A stretch of DNA of 62,629 bases, filler included, from Rhabdomonas costata (lineage: Eukaryota): NCBI GenBank assembly GCA_019059605.1. It is 26 parts of 26 records of this genome, joined end to end, with 100 filler letters (N's around TTAATTAATTAA, not from the genome) between each part and the next. Parts side by side here need not be neighbours in the genome. Positions count along the whole stretch, not along the records: positions 24,160 to 26,472 come from JAHMHO010004107.1; positions 26,573 to 28,884 come from JAHMHO010004108.1; positions 28,985 to 31,294 come from JAHMHO010004109.1; positions 31,395 to 33,706 come from JAHMHO010004110.1; positions 33,807 to 36,117 come from JAHMHO010004111.1; positions 36,218 to 38,528 come from JAHMHO010004112.1; positions 38,629 to 40,939 come from JAHMHO010004113.1; 19 more parts are not named here. The stretch is one strand, 5' to 3'. How positions within the stretch are numbered: position 1 is the first letter of the stretch; each line of letters opens with the position of its first letter. Below the pieces are notes generated by a model that searched no databases, had not been told where the DNA came from, and saw nothing but the letters and a program-made list of their open reading frames with translations. Of this stretch, positions 25,735-39,399 are shown piece by piece. The translations under genes were made by a program, and so were the position numbers.

Positions 25735-26314
25735 GGCATGGCTGCCGAGCGGGCGGCGATGGAGATGCAGGACCGTGTTACTGTCCATGCCCTGCCCTTG
25801 CGATCCTATCTTGACAGCACAGGTAGTTTCCCTTCTGTTAGGCGCAGGGATGTGTTTTGCTCTCGGTGAATGAATGTCAACTATGTCGTGATCACAATGA
25901 TGCGAACCATGTTGTTTTTAAACTCGAGCGAAAAATATTGCAGCATTTTTCTTTCCGTTCTTCTCCTCTACGCGGGCATTTGGGGATTTCCCTTTCCCGA
26001 GCTGGTACTCCCTCTCTCGCTGTCTCTCTAGCACGTTGTGGGTGTCACGTCAAACCCTCAAGATGCAATGGAAGAAGCGGCTCAAGAGTATAGTAGAGAT
26101 AAAAAGCGCCGCCCGAAAAGTCACCGCCAGGGGGTGCAAGGAGGGCCTCGCAATTCAAAAATGAACACCCGAGGGACCTCACCTTCAGTCCTTGAGAGTG
26201 TTTTACGTTCTTCTCTGATCATGACCGAGCGATGAACCCGACTGTTTCCTTCCTGCCGGTGTTCTCAGTGGTGCCGATTTTGATGGAGGGCATGGCGGAG
26301 GTGGCCAAATCGCG
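25735..26314 (+). CDS. DPY30: DPY-30 domain protein, partial; exons 25735-25822, 26269-26314
   Basis: HALPLRSYLDST-VVPILMEGMAEVAKSR matches the Dpy-30 motif LPxRxYLDxTVVPxLxxGxxxxxKxRP. GT-AG intron. Confidence 0.85.
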
Positions 26315-26379
26315 GTACATTATGCACACTTCTCACATGTTTAAGTGCAACACACACACACACACACACACACTCTTTC

Positions 26380-26468
26380 GGTTGTAGATGTGCTGGGAAG
26401 CACAAGCTCATCCTTTTTGCTGTGTAGCCTGAAAGGATGAGCTTGTGCTTCCCAGCACATCTACAACC
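26380..26468. repeat. Perfect 37-bp inverted repeat at contig end
   Basis: 26380-26416 is the exact reverse complement of 26432-26468, with a 15-nt loop. Confidence 0.95.
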
Positions 26469-29400
26469 AAAANNNNNNNNNNNNNNNNNNNNNNNNNNNN
26501 NNNNNNNNNNNNNNNNTTAATTAATTAANNNNNNNNNNNNNNNNNNNNNNNNNNNNNNNNNNNNNNNNNNNNGTGTTGGGTGTGGTTGGTGTGTGGTGTG
26601 TGTGTGTGTGTGTGTGTAGTGAACCTTGGGATTTTGCAGCAACCTGTGCATCTGAAGATGCTGAAGATAACTACCGCTTCATAGACGCAATACAAGCCAA
26701 TGAAGGAGGCCTACCACCGGCCGCCAGTGAGGAATTGCGTGGCCGGGGGGTTGCACTTTTTCCCAGCACTGCATTGCGTTGTTCTCCCTTTTTTTTTTTG
26801 TTTGCTTTTTTGTGTTTTATTCTCTTGGAAGAATGGGATGCTGTGGCGAGATGCTCGGAGTAACGAAGGATGCTGAGAATGGACACTTCAAACTTCAGTT
26901 ACATGTAGGATGGTAGGATGGGGCTAAACCGTTTTGTAGTTGCACGAAATTCCAGTGGTGCCTTTTGTCTAAGAACGAGGTATTGACTGCGGTTTGAGCC
27001 CAACAGCTCCCCAACGCCCAGACAATATGCCAGGCTTGGATTTATGGAAGGAGTTGTTGCTTTGAGGTTCTTCGAAGGACAGTGAAGTTCACAGGCGAAT
27101 TAGGCTGCCAAAAACGTTAAGCCCACCTCCTCGTGGAGAAAGGTATTGGTCCTGGGCAATTTGGTCGGAAAACTGCAGCATACAACGCAACTGTGCCCTT
27201 TGGGACTCCAAGGCAAGGGACTCCAAAGGATAAGGGTAAGAACCATACAACAGTGCAATGCAAGGTGGAGAAATGAGAGAGAAGAATCGAGAAGGAACTC
27301 CATCTCGCCCCCCCCCCAATCTTATATAAATTTGAACTGAAAGGACCTGTGGTGATACAGAAATTCTTTCTCACGTTGATATACCTAGTATTCTTTGGAA
27401 CAGAAGAATTTCAGCACACAACTGCTGTTTCTTGCTGAGTTCTTTGTTGTGACTCCTCAACCCTCGGACCTCCGTTAACTAAGAAATTTGAATCCTTCGC
27501 CTTGTACGACTTCAATGAAAAGAACTTTTTTCCTCGGTGCACACAATCCAATCCACTGCCTGTGCCCAAATACCGTTGTTTTGGCATTCCTTATTTTTGC
27601 TTTACCCACAATTATCCCTGATTCAAGTCTTTTTGAATACTATGCGATTGAATGGTATTTTTTTTTGATATTTTACCATCTCTGAACTTTGAACGTTTTC
27701 TCACTAAGCGTGTTAGTTGTTGTGTTATTTTTGTCTTTAGGTCTTTCGGTCTCTGGGAATCTGGAGTTTGTCTTATGTAGACTCCCATTCGACCTATATT
27801 GTTGTTGGGGTTTCTTCCCAACAAATACAACAAGGAGAGGCATTTTTACACACATCATTTTATTTTATTGTGGGAAAAACAAAAAACAGCTGCGGGAGCG
27901 GATAGAGGGGTTCCCCCTCGAAGGGTTCCCCCTCCCTTCTCACAAGCAGACTGGTGAGGCTCGCGCTCTTCGGGTTACTTCCCCACCCATTGCACCCGCT
28001 CTCCTTGCTGTAATTTAATGGGAGTTCTCGGCGAGGGCCCTCTCACCCGTTAGCTCAGCACGCGGAGGGAGACGCCACCCCTATGATGGGTTCGCCAAAA
28101 AAAAACAGAGACAGAAAGAAAAACAATTTTAGTCGTCAACGTGCAAAAGTACTTTTCTAATTTGACGATTTCACGGGAGGACGCATCGGTTGTCCAACCG
28201 TGCAGCTGAGTACTTCCTTTGGCCAGTGCTGATTGCGAAGTGTCTCGAAGCGCAGAAAACGGCACAGTAGGGTGAAAGCTTCCAGCTAGAGCTAGCCGTC
28301 GGGGAAACGACGGACGGGGTAGGTAAAGGGCCCCAGCATCCACGGCTTCCTGCACATGCTGTTTCGGGCCAACCGCTCGAGACCTCCAGTAACCACCTCG
28401 GCGCTTTCTTCTTCCACGTGAGGTAGGGTCTCAGTTGACCTGGCGAAGTCGGTCGGGAGCCGCGGGGTTTTTGTGGATGCCTTTGATTTATAGAGGGAGT
28501 GATCCCTCTTCTCCAGCTTTTTTTTCTCCTTTTCTCCAGCGCTTTTTGTTCAGGTTAGAGTCTCTCCTTATCAGAAAGTCATCTGTTCACAGTTTTTTTT
28601 TGCTTTCCCGTTTGGTCCTTCCCAGATCACTCCCATGCCCGCACCAGCCTATTGACGCTGTGCATGCTTCACTATAGACTCACTCACCTGCCCACTCGCT
28701 CGCTAACCAACACTGCCCAACACCTCACCAACACTATCGCCCCCTCCCCACATACTTCTTCCTTCGCTTCCTCCTCCTCCTTGTTTCAAGTGTCAGCCTT
28801 TTTCCATCTGCGTTGTTTCCTTTGCGTTTCTTGCAGTAAAATCCATCTGCTTGGTATGGACCCTGCTAGACGAGACCACAAACCNNNNNNNNNNNNNNNN
28901 NNNNNNNNNNNNNNNNNNNNNNNNNNNNTTAATTAATTAANNNNNNNNNNNNNNNNNNNNNNNNNNNNNNNNNNNNNNNNNNNNTGAGTAAGTTCTCACT
29001 TCACCGCACAACATCCACCCAGATTCTCTTGGTAGCATTTGCTATCCACCCTTAAGCTCAGCCAATGTTTGCTGATAACCGCACATAGACCCGCCACACC
29101 CCAACAGCGCGCCTCTCAGGGCGCCTTGCCTCTAAAATAATCACCAGGTCTGTTGGACTGCTTTTTTTCGGCTCTTCATGCACGAACCCTGACCTGCTCG
29201 GTTCCTTTGGTTTTCTTCTTTGACTTGGGGACGGTTGTGTCTGTTTGTTCGTGTGTGTGTTGCTTGTGCAAAATGTAAAGACAGAAAAGAAACACACACA
29301 GGAGAGAGAGAGACACGTGAAGGAGAGCGATGAGGGAAAGAAAAGAAAAGCCGCCCCTAACCTAAGACGCGCGCAGCCTGGGTGCTCGCACGGAGGGTCC

Positions 29401-29986
29401 TATATCTCTGTTTTCAGCCGTGGGGTGCCGGCTCACCAGAAAACAGGCCGAGACCCTCCGCCCCACGTGTCCCAGGCTTACGTAAAAAAACCCGCGAAAG
29501 AAACTGTGTGTCCTCCTCAACCCGCGCCCAACACTGGGGCGAGGTCGGGGTGTGGTGCTCGCTTTTGGCACTTTTAGCACATTGGTTGCTATCGGACACT
29601 CACCTTTGGAGTACGCTCGGCAGCTTGCTACCGAGGGGGGGGGCCTATAACGGGTTTAACCCGCTGGCCTGGTAGGTCGCTCCAGGGTTGTATTGTGAGT
29701 CGTCTGGTGCTCTCGCTCCATCGCTGCAAGGCACCATCCCGTAGCATCGTGCATCGTGCGCCATCGCGCCATGGCCATCGCCTTCGCTGTCGACACGCCT
29801 CTCTAGGTTGTGTAGTGAACACCTGCCAGTACTATTACTATTACTGGTTTGGTTTGGCTTCACTCAAACCGCAAAGGCAAACGCACCCAATCAAGGACTT
29901 TGCGGTGACGGAACATCGTTTTGAACGGGTTTTGTGTACCAACACGTGTTCTCCATTGTGTGTTTGTGGTTGTTTTCAGCCAAAGC

Positions 29987-31070
29987 ATGCTTAAAGTCCT
30001 TTTTGTTTCCGCTGATATATTCTGGGTTTCGGAAGCAGCACACGATGAAAGTGCTCCCGCCGAACATGTTCCTATTCCTCCTGCCGACAGCGAAGCCCTT
30101 CCTCTGCACAGCTTTGAGACACCTCTGATATCAGAGTGGTGGCAGGGCGGTGTTCCCAACTGGTTTGTAATCCGATTTTTTCTTTCGCTCAGATTCAAAC
30201 ATTTTGAAGAAAGATGTGCATCGCTTGTGCAAGCCATCCTTTTGGGAATGTCTTTTTCCGAATAAAAACCCTGCAAAAGCGCAAAACAATTGCACTTGCA
30301 TCTGCAATGTTTATGATTTTTCTGACGGAGCTTAACTGTCACATTTTTTCAATAGGGACTTCGGGGGATCGACGGTGGTCACAGAGAACTTTGTTCGCAT
30401 TACTCCAGACCGCCTCTCCCGGGTGGGGTGGTTTTGGAATGTGAAACCCGTTTTTCTCACTGAGTGGACTGCCGAGCTGCGCTTCCGCGTTCATGGTCGC
30501 ACCTCTCCCGGAGCCGACGGGTTTGCTCTCTGGCTTGTCCCAGCGCCTTTCCGCTATGAAGCAAAGAACCCCGATCATCAGCGCCTGCGCCTGCTGTGGG
30601 GGATGAACCCGGGGTTTAAGGGCCTTGGCATCGTGTTTGATACTTTTGACAATGACGGCAAGAATGACAATCCCAGTGTTGCTGTCATCTCCGGCAACGG
30701 GGATTCTAACGCTGTGTGGGACTTGGAGTCGGACCTCTCCTCCCCTGGGCAGGCGCTTGCGCGATGTGTGTTCAACTTTAAGAACGACGACTTGTCACCC
30801 TCGGAAGAGCTTGTTCACATGAAGGTGACGTATTCCGAGGACGCCGGCTTGAAGGTATACATGAAGTATGCGCTGGACGAGATTCTGTGCGGTCACGTGG
30901 CCGAAAAGGTGGAGCCAGGGTTCTACTTTGGGTTCACTGGTTCCACCGGCGGGCTCTCCGAAGAAGTTGACCTCTACTCCTTCCAGATGACCGCGCCAAT
31001 GAAGGCTGCCCAGGCGGAGGACAAGGCCTTATTTCCGGCTGCCTCCGTTGAAGCTCCGCGGGAGCGGGTT
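29987..31070 (+). CDS. L-type (legume-like) lectin, VIP36/ERGIC-53 family, 5' part; exons ~29987-30162, 30356-~31070
   Basis: HSFETPL...PNW-DFGGSTVVTENFVRITPDRLSRVGWFWN...ELRFRVHG...GADGFALW...FKGLGIVFDTFDND...YFGFTGSTGGLS. Start codon uncertain. Confidence 0.9.
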
Positions 31071-31419
31071 GTAAGTCCCTGAGCAAAGAAATCTCATTCG
31101 TGCCCAAAGCGTCTTGAAAACGTTTTGATTTTTACTTCGAGTTGGTTCGCGCGGTTCTTGTGTTTTTGTTGCGCTTCTTCTAAATGACGGATTGGCTTGG
31201 AAGTGTCGCAGCAATAGGGATATGCTGGAAAAGAAAAGACGAGTGCAGAAAGATGTTTTTTGCTTTAAATTGCTGCGACACTTCCAACCCAACCNNNNNN
31301 NNNNNNNNNNNNNNNNNNNNNNNNNNNNNNNNNNNNNNTTAATTAATTAANNNNNNNNNNNNNNNNNNNNNNNNNNNNNNNNNNNNNNNNNNNNGTGGTG
31401 GGTGTGTTTGGGGTGGTGT

Positions 31420-32670
31420 TGAGGTTGGGACAGGGCTCGGGCTTCAGCAGGGGGCTGTTGGGGTCCAGGGGCTCGGGCGCGAAGACATCCAGCGCGGCCG
31501 CTGCGACGTGCCCCGAGCGCAGGGCATCGGCGAGATCCTAAAAACCGCGGAAAAGGAAGGGGGAGAGCAAACGATGATGACTATGCCATGTAGGTGACAA
31601 AGAACCTCGTCGTTCGTCGTGATTCACAACTGGGATGACCGGGGGCGGCATATAAGGATAATTAAGATAACTTTGAACGGGTGAAACCAAAATGTGCCAG
31701 TACTCCCTACATGAGTCCATATGAATAATTGTGACCAGTGGGAGCTGTCACCCAAGATTCACCGAAACGACAAGATTCCAAACCGAAACGTACTTGCTCA
31801 TGACAGGTGCCCAACAACACACGGACAGCCAACCGATCCGATGTCCGCCATTAGCATGTGAGTATGGTTGTAGCGGGGTGAGGGGCGAGGTGCGGGAGAG
31901 CATCGAGAGGACCTGCTCGTCGATGCACTCCCCACGGGCGACGTTGGCAATCATCACGCCCTTCTTCGTGGACGCGATGGTGCGAGCGTTGAGCAGCTTC
32001 TGAGGGGAGGAGGCAAGACAAGCAGTGAGCACCCGCACCCATCTCAAGCACATCAACCCCTCGATAGAAGAATCGGAAATGGGACAAGGTTGTTGTGTGC
32101 GCACAGGCAGTGGTGGTGAGGGCATCACTGCTGTCCATCTGATCTGCGAATATCTGCAGACATTGCGAATATGAGCAACAAAGCAGCTCGAACCTTTACG
32201 GGTCAACCCGATTTGATGCGAGAGCATATGGGTATCACTGATGCCGCTTACCTACCATCTATCCTTCAACAAGCAAACAATCTTCACAAGCAACACAAGA
32301 AACCTAAAGATAAGACATCACTTTTGTGGTTCGCCCCACCGATGGGGCAGGAAGAAGAGAAATACATACCGCCGTGTCCTTCAGTGCGGGAAGGTGCAGC
32401 GTGAGGACGTCGGCATTGCTCAGAACCTTTGAAGAAGAGCGACAGAGACTGACAAACCACTCACAAAGCCATGACCAGGAGCTATGGATGTCTTTGCAAC
32501 CTGTCAGTAAGATGGCAGGGGAAATCGCAATGGCAACAGCGCAGAAACAGCAACGGAGAACCTGGTCCAGGTCTCCCATCACGACGCCCAACTTCAAACC
32601 CTGCTCCTTGGACACGTACGGGTCGTAGCCCAGAACCTTCATCCCGAAGGCTGAGTACACACACACACAA

Positions 32671-32708
<38 letters not shown>

Positions 32709-33625
32709 TGCGCCTTGAGCACACTCCCTTGTCGTGGAGCGCACCCTCTCAACCTTGCGTACTCCCTGTGCATCGTGTGTTTGGTCTCATTCGTGCTTCA
32801 GTGTTCAGCCGCAATGCTCTTTGGAACTAACTGTGACTTTGATGTAATGAACAGTTGTGCTGGCCGGTCTCTCGGTGTGTGTGTGTGTGTGTCTGTGTGC
32901 AACGGGGGCGCAGGCGAACCCTTGGCGTAGCCGGCCACCTTCTTGCCAATATTCCCGAGCCCCAAGATGCCAATGGTGCGGCCTTCCAGCTCCACCCCCA
33001 TGAAGGTCTTGCGGTCCCATTTGCTGGGAAGGAAAACAAATGCCCCCATGAAAGCACAATGGCACTAAGTAAAAGGCCCCAAGTCTGAAGGTATGCAAGC
33101 GTGAATTTCTTTTGCCATTCTGGGGGAGCTTCCAGATACATCCAGAAACACATTTCTCCGGCTCAAATCTGCGCCATATTCACTGGAAGAATTGCCGTAT
33201 GCCAGACTTCCAAACAGGGTCATGAGAAAGTCCAATCAGAGAGAGAGAGAGAGAGAGAGAGAGCATACTGAAGTACAAGTGAAGTACAAGTGGCAAAGTT
33301 CAGGCTACACAAGGGAGAGTGACCTCGAGAATCACCGAAGCCGGGGTTTGGCGCAGCACAGTGATGGAATACAATGGGCACAGGGATCACTCGCGCGAAG
33401 TATGGGAAAGCAACTCTAATTCCACCACTACTCTACAGACACGCACAGACAAACAGGCACACCCCACAATGGTCTTGGCGTGGGCCTGGGGGATCTGCCG
33501 CACCATCGCCATGATCATCGCCCAGGTGTGCTCTGCGGCGGAGGTGGTGTTGCCCTGAGGGGAGTTCACCACGATAATCCCCTGCTTCGTCGCCGCAGCC
33601 AGGTTGACGTTGTCCACGCCCACAC
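31420..33625 (-). CDS. PHGDH: D-3-phosphoglycerate dehydrogenase, internal part; exons 33625-33463, 33023-32920, 32650-32562, 32426-32370, 31999-31913, 31537-~31420
   Basis: [60 protein letters not shown] (Rossmann GxGxxG), GYDPY, TLHLP, NVARG and [11 protein letters not shown]. Five in-phase GT-AG introns. Confidence 0.95.
32658..32706. repeat. (CA)n microsatellite in a PHGDH intron; other short arrays at ~26350-26373 (CA), ~33238-33263 (AG), ~38031-38070 (CA)
   Basis: Dinucleotide runs seen directly in the sequence. Confidence 0.9.
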
Positions 33626-34535
33626 CTTGAACACATCGGCACACGGAAAATGGAGGAACACCCAACCCAACCCCGAAACACCCAACCCAACCCCAACCCA
33701 ACACACNNNNNNNNNNNNNNNNNNNNNNNNNNNNNNNNNNNNNNNNNNNNTTAATTAATTAANNNNNNNNNNNNNNNNNNNNNNNNNNNNNNNNNNNNNN
33801 NNNNNNGGTGTTTGAGAACTTCTACGCGGTTCGTCTTTGCTGCGTTTTCGTGTGCGTGTGTGCAGATGTCCTGCCATGCTCTGCGTTTCAGTTAACTTCT
33901 AAGAATGGTGTGTTTTGTTGTGTCTATTTTATGCTATATGTTTGTTCCTGTAGCAGATGAAGGTATCCCTCGGCCTACAGATCCTGGCTGCAGTTTTCCG
34001 TTGTTGTGTTACCATCACCTCCGCCCCTTTCCCACCAATTCTGGTGCCTCCCTCTTTGTTCTCTTTGCCCAAGTGTTAACTTCCCGCTCCGGTTGGACTA
34101 AAGCATTGATTGTTTTTTATATAAAAGCTTGCTTTCAGCGTGTGCATTGCTTGGGCTATTGCGCCTTTTTGTCGTGGGTGTTTCCTAATTCCTTTGTTCC
34201 GTGTGTGTGATGGGTGTTCCCTGACTGATACCGGAACAATGTTGCGCAAGACAATTCTGCTATAAATTAAAAAAGTGGTCTGTGATGTCACCTGTCTGCC
34301 TCTTTGTTTCTCATTACCCGCTGTGCAAAAACAAAGGCTGCTCCAAGCGCCGTGCTGAACCAACGCAACGTTTATAATCTCTGTGTTTATCCTCGCTTCT
34401 TTTCGGTACTTCCCCACCAAATCTCGAATTTGTGGGTTGCAGTAAATCTTATTCTTCAGCACCGCGAACAAATCGAAACGAGCTTGTGGTGCTCTTTCTT
34501 CTATAGTTCTGCTCTGCTGTCTGTTTTCTTCAAAG

Positions 34536-35464
34536 GGTGAGGCGCTGATTAAGTATGGGGACTCAGGCGACCGATTTTATATCATTTTCGAGGGCACCGT
34601 GAACGTCGTCGGTCGCAGCATTGACGGCCAGGTTTGTAACAATTTTCAGTCCTTTTTCTCTCACTTGCCTCAGTTTTCTTGGTTCCTGATCTCCTCCTCC
34701 TTTGGGCTGTAAACTGGGCGTTCTGTGCGCTTTCGGTTTTTGTTTCGGGTTTTCCGCACCTGTTGCGGTGATGGTTTTGCACTCCAGAAATGTGTGTACT
34801 GGCATGCTCTCCCGGTTGTTGTTGTTGGAGAAATGCTGCTATGAAGAGATGGGCCAGCCAATGTTGTCCAAGTTTACTTGCGACGAGTGTTAAATTTTTT
34901 ATTCATTTTCCCTGATTTATTGTTTTTCTTTCTAAGCCACGGGTCAGAGGGTGAGGGTGAGGATGGTACCTTCGACACGTTTTGGGGTCGAATGGTGCCT
35001 GTTTGTGTGCATTTGGGACCAGGTAGGAATAGGAAGGCTGGTGGTGGGGATTGGGGTCTTCTCAGCCCGTGCCGGTGTGCGAGTTCCAGCAGGGAAGCTG
35101 TGTCGGGGACATTGAGCTTATCTACGGCTGCGTCGCCATGGCGGACGTGCGCGCGGCATCCCCTGTGGTGCGCGCGGCCTGGCTCAGCGCGGAGCAGTTC
35201 CATTCCCACCTCAGCTCCCTTCGCAGCACCCTTGTCCTGGGACACCAGACGGACCCTTTGTTTGAGTACTGCCGCAGCCTTTTGCAGCAGCAACAGCAGC
35301 AGCAGCAGCAGCAACAACAACAACAACAACTGGGCGGCAGTGGGAGACGAGGATCTGTTTTGGAGGAGCCGGCTGCGGCGCCGCAACCACCTTCAGCAGA
35401 ATGGGACGTGTCCACGCCTAAGCGGGTGAGCCATGACAGCTCTAAAGCGGTGGGCCCTGTGCAG
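34536..35464 (+). CDS. Cyclic-nucleotide-binding-fold domain resembling CNB-B of the kinetoplastid PKA regulatory subunit, followed by polyQ; exons 34536-34631, 35066-35464
   Basis: GEALIKYGDSGDRFYIIFEGTVNVVGRSIDGQ-PVPVCEFQQGSCVGDIELIYGCVAMADVRA...DPLFEYC. CNB fold motifs GDxGDxFYIIxEGxV and G(E/D)xxL...AxV. CAG/CAA polyQ at ~35285-35329. Confidence 0.8.
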
Positions 35465-38400
35465 GTCGGTGAGATGCCTTTTTTGATCCCTCTGACCTCT
35501 CAGCGAGACCGTTGACGTCTCGATGTACCCCATGCCTGTTCCCGTGCTGGGTGTTCTTCTGTTGTTGTTCGCTTGCTTTCGGAATTTTTGTGAACTTTGC
35601 ACAGATATGTAAAGGCCGTTAGTGGTGCTCTTGTCCAGTTCGAATGTGCAACTATTCTCCCTCTGGTGCGTTTGGGCCAACAGGTTCGGAATAACCACAT
35701 TCGCGTTCACGGCCTCGAGTCGGACACGGAACATGAGGTGCCATTTCTTGAGCACACACACATTCCGCACAGTTTTGTCCTCACCTAATGTCCTCGTGAC
35801 GAACCTGAAATGGTGGTTGAAGCACGTTTCTTCAGAAGCGACTTTTCTGCAACTTGGAGGTTTTGATACTTTTTTATAGAGTCTTCTCTTCCGAGAGATA
35901 CTTAAATACTCACTCATATTTCTCCTGCGTGCAGGTTTTGAAGAAAAAAAACATGGGTCGGGTCCATTGGCGGTTCTTTGGTGGTTGTGCTGCGTTTTCA
36001 CAGAAGCTCCGCAAAGTTGGGTCCTGCCGGCTTCAGACACTTAGCCTGGAGTCTTCGAAGAGAATGTATGTCATTCGTTGCACGGCACAGTGTTGGAGAT
36101 GATCAAAAGAAAACAAGNNNNNNNNNNNNNNNNNNNNNNNNNNNNNNNNNNNNNNNNNNNNTTAATTAATTAANNNNNNNNNNNNNNNNNNNNNNNNNNN
36201 NNNNNNNNNNNNNNNNNGTGTTTGGTGCGGATGCAGAGGCAAGGTGCTGCATGCACTTGGCATTTGCCCCCCGAAGGTGGATGTAGGCAGCTGCACACAC
36301 ACACATTGTGGCGCAAATGCTGCAGAGGCACATATGGCCACTGCCCATTCTTGCCCTGCCTTAGGGTTTCTACCCGCAACGGAGAGCCGTAAATCTCCAA
36401 AACCGCGGCCACCACTCTACTAAAAGTGATATCCATAGTCACGAGCAGTTGGGGGAAGCAGCAGATTGACTTATTTCATACAAAACCCCGTCCCCTCAGC
36501 GCCAGACCTTCAGAGTTCCCGCATGTGACACATGACTCGGCTCCCCAATTTCCGCCGCAGCCAATGACTCCAACTGGCCTGCCCCAATGCGAATATGGGG
36601 CCACATTGTGAAGGCTTCACCGTTACCAAGCCAACGCGAACATGCGGTGCTCATCCCAAATCAAGTGACTTTTGGAGAATCCCTCACCGAAGTGTAGAGC
36701 AGCATAAATCTCTTAGCAAAAGATACCGAATTCACACCTCGTGGGGCTTAGGAAGCGGAGAGGGCGAGGTTGACGAAGAAGGATCCGAGGATGCCGGAGA
36801 GCAAGACAACTGTCCAAGAAAGAGCACACAGAAAGATAAGAGGAACGCATAGCACTGCTCTCTGCATAGTACCACTCTATCTCCAGAAGGATAGAATCCA
36901 CCTACTTACCTAATACCCTGAGTCATGCTGTTGAACCTCCTTTCGAATTCGGTTTCGCCTGTTCTTGTTTTTTAAAAAAAAACAGTCGCAAAAAATCGTA
37001 TAGCCCATATACAAGGATGGAAAAGGCTGAAGAGATCAAGGAATAGGGGCCGGAGAGGGGACGGGGGTTGAGATCTGTCGGCATATATGAACCAGGCATG
37101 GAGACCTTTCTGCAAAGCTCCAGCAGCTGCATGTTCTGGGCCTTCAGCTCCGATAGTTGGGCGCGCAGTGAAGTCTTAAGAGAGAAGCGCATGATACCGC
37201 TCAGGTTGCCCCTATTCCCATATTACTCTTCGCGAGCAAGCGAGTCAGATCTGGTCCAGATTCTGAGGTTGCGCCATGAGACACGCCAACCAATGAAAGC
37301 ATCCTATCGCCTGTCTTCAACAAAAGGACGAGCAGTTCGGTCATGGCACAAACACTATTTCGAAAAACGGCTGATTGAAGGAGGTGTGTGTGCGAGAGGA
37401 AAAAGGAAACTTCAACGGAAATGGGACATGCTCTCCCCAGCTGGCTTTGGTGAGGTGCACGTTTCACGAGTTCACACGTTTCTTGATTGCGTGAAAAAAA
37501 TACTCATTTTGATGTGAAGCGGGCCATAAAAACCTAAACAAGCAGTATTTCATGCATATATTCACAAAAATTGCTGCAGCGTGGGGCATCCATGTGAACC
37601 CTTGCACCCACCACAAAGAGACGCACACACCACTTCTGTTAGCTGTGCGACTCCATCGTTCACAGATGCCTGAAAAAACACAGGAATTCACCCGTGCAAC
37701 ACAAAGCCAGTCGTGTGAATTCAATGGCGATCCAAGTGCAAGCGCAAGTGGAGCAACAAACGTCATTATCGAGGAAATCATCTTCAAGAGTTCCGGAATT
37801 GTGAGTTGTGAATTTTGAGTTCACCAGGTTCCAGAAGGTTGCTTAAAAAGCACTTCAAACCAAAAGGACTGTAGCAAGAAGCAAGATCACGAAGTCTACG
37901 ACACGGAGAGAAAGGCATGGGGATGCTGGATGCCCCAAAGGGGGACGCCAAGGTTTCATTTTTTGTCTGCTGGTTTTGGTTACGACATGAAGAGCGTATG
38001 ACGAAGTTTTTGTTTGTGGCTACGTCCCCCACACGCACGCACACACACACACACACACACGCACGCACACGCAGGAGTTCACGGAGTTCCCCGAGGTTGG
38101 TACTCCGTCATGGGCCAGCCCGTACCAGCTCGTACTAGGGCGAGCCAACAGGATGGCTGAAGTTGAAATTAAGTGGGCTGCTTTTTTGTGGCGCACGATG
38201 TGCTAATGTTAAATAATGGTGGTGGCGCGGGGGTCACGCTACCGCTAGGGATTATTAGATTATGATATCAGCTAACAAGATGCTGCGTGGACCGGCTCCT
38301 CGCCGTCGGACTGCTGAAGCCTGCAAGTGTGAACGAGCGGTCAAGCCGCTAAGTGGGTAGGTGAATAGGAATTCTCTTCTTCGTGCGCTTTGAGGTTTCA

Positions 38401-39399
38401 CTCGCACCGTTTGATCTTGCTCTGTGAACCCCCATCGTGCGCTTGGAGGGACAAGAGACCCACAAACACTGCTTGTCCTCTTTGGATGAATTAACCCCAC
38501 GACACAAGGACTTCGCCCCCCCAACCCCNNNNNNNNNNNNNNNNNNNNNNNNNNNNNNNNNNNNNNNNNNNNTTAATTAATTAANNNNNNNNNNNNNNNN
38601 NNNNNNNNNNNNNNNNNNNNNNNNNNNNGGGTTGGTGGTAGTCTCCGGTTCGGTGCCCGAAAAATACACAATCGAAGAGACTCCACAACGTGAGAGTGCT
38701 AGATTGAGGAATTCATCAATTGAATCCTCCAAAAAAATTTCCATTTCCTTTCCCATCCATTATCCTAATTATTTCCCGATTCTCGAATCCTGCGCTCTCG
38801 CATAAAAAGCTCTATAATAATCCTGTATCCTCTCAGAATAATCCCGTATCATACCTAGATCTATTCCCTTATCTCTCCAACTCTTTGCTCCCATTGCGGA
38901 ATGTCTGTGTTGCTTTCGAATGTCGGGGGTCAATTGGGCAAAACAAAATTGGAAAATTAGTGAAAAATTCTCTCGGTTATCGTTGTTGGTCGGGCAGGCC
39001 GTATCACAAACCAAAAAGCGGTTGAATTTGACGTTGTTGGGCGCCAATCCAGTGCATTTTCTTTTTCTTTGGTTCCACGACCACCTTGATCACAGCACCG
39101 ACCAAATAAGGAAGGATTCGTACGGATGCTTAATCCAGTTATCGACAATGTATTGTGATAAAATGTGAAGAATCCGCTTCAATCCCAGACGCCGCCAAGG
39201 ATCACAATGCAAGCCAGTCGGGCGCAATGTGCCATATGTGTTTAATGCCCACTGTTTTCTTTCCGTGCTCTGCTGTGATGTCCTGCTTGTAGCCATGTGT
39301 GCTCCTGAACACGCAGGCCCGCGGGGCTTTTGGGCAATTTTGCCCGCTGGCTTTGTATGCCCGCAGGCTTGGGGGCTAATTCTTCCCTAACATACATAG

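Noticed and set aside
26380..26468. 37-bp perfect hairpin as a MITE, terminator or pre-miRNA
   Set aside because: The second arm runs right up to the contig end, as expected for an amplification fold-back chimera. There is no TSD or second copy.
36923..37200. Coiled-coil-like exon AQLSELKAQNMQLLELCRK, and similar isolated exon candidates at ~6750-6920, ~10901-10942, ~16382-16448, ~18250-18308 and ~26639-26738
   Set aside because: Plausibly coding, but I could not chain them into a gene or assign a family.
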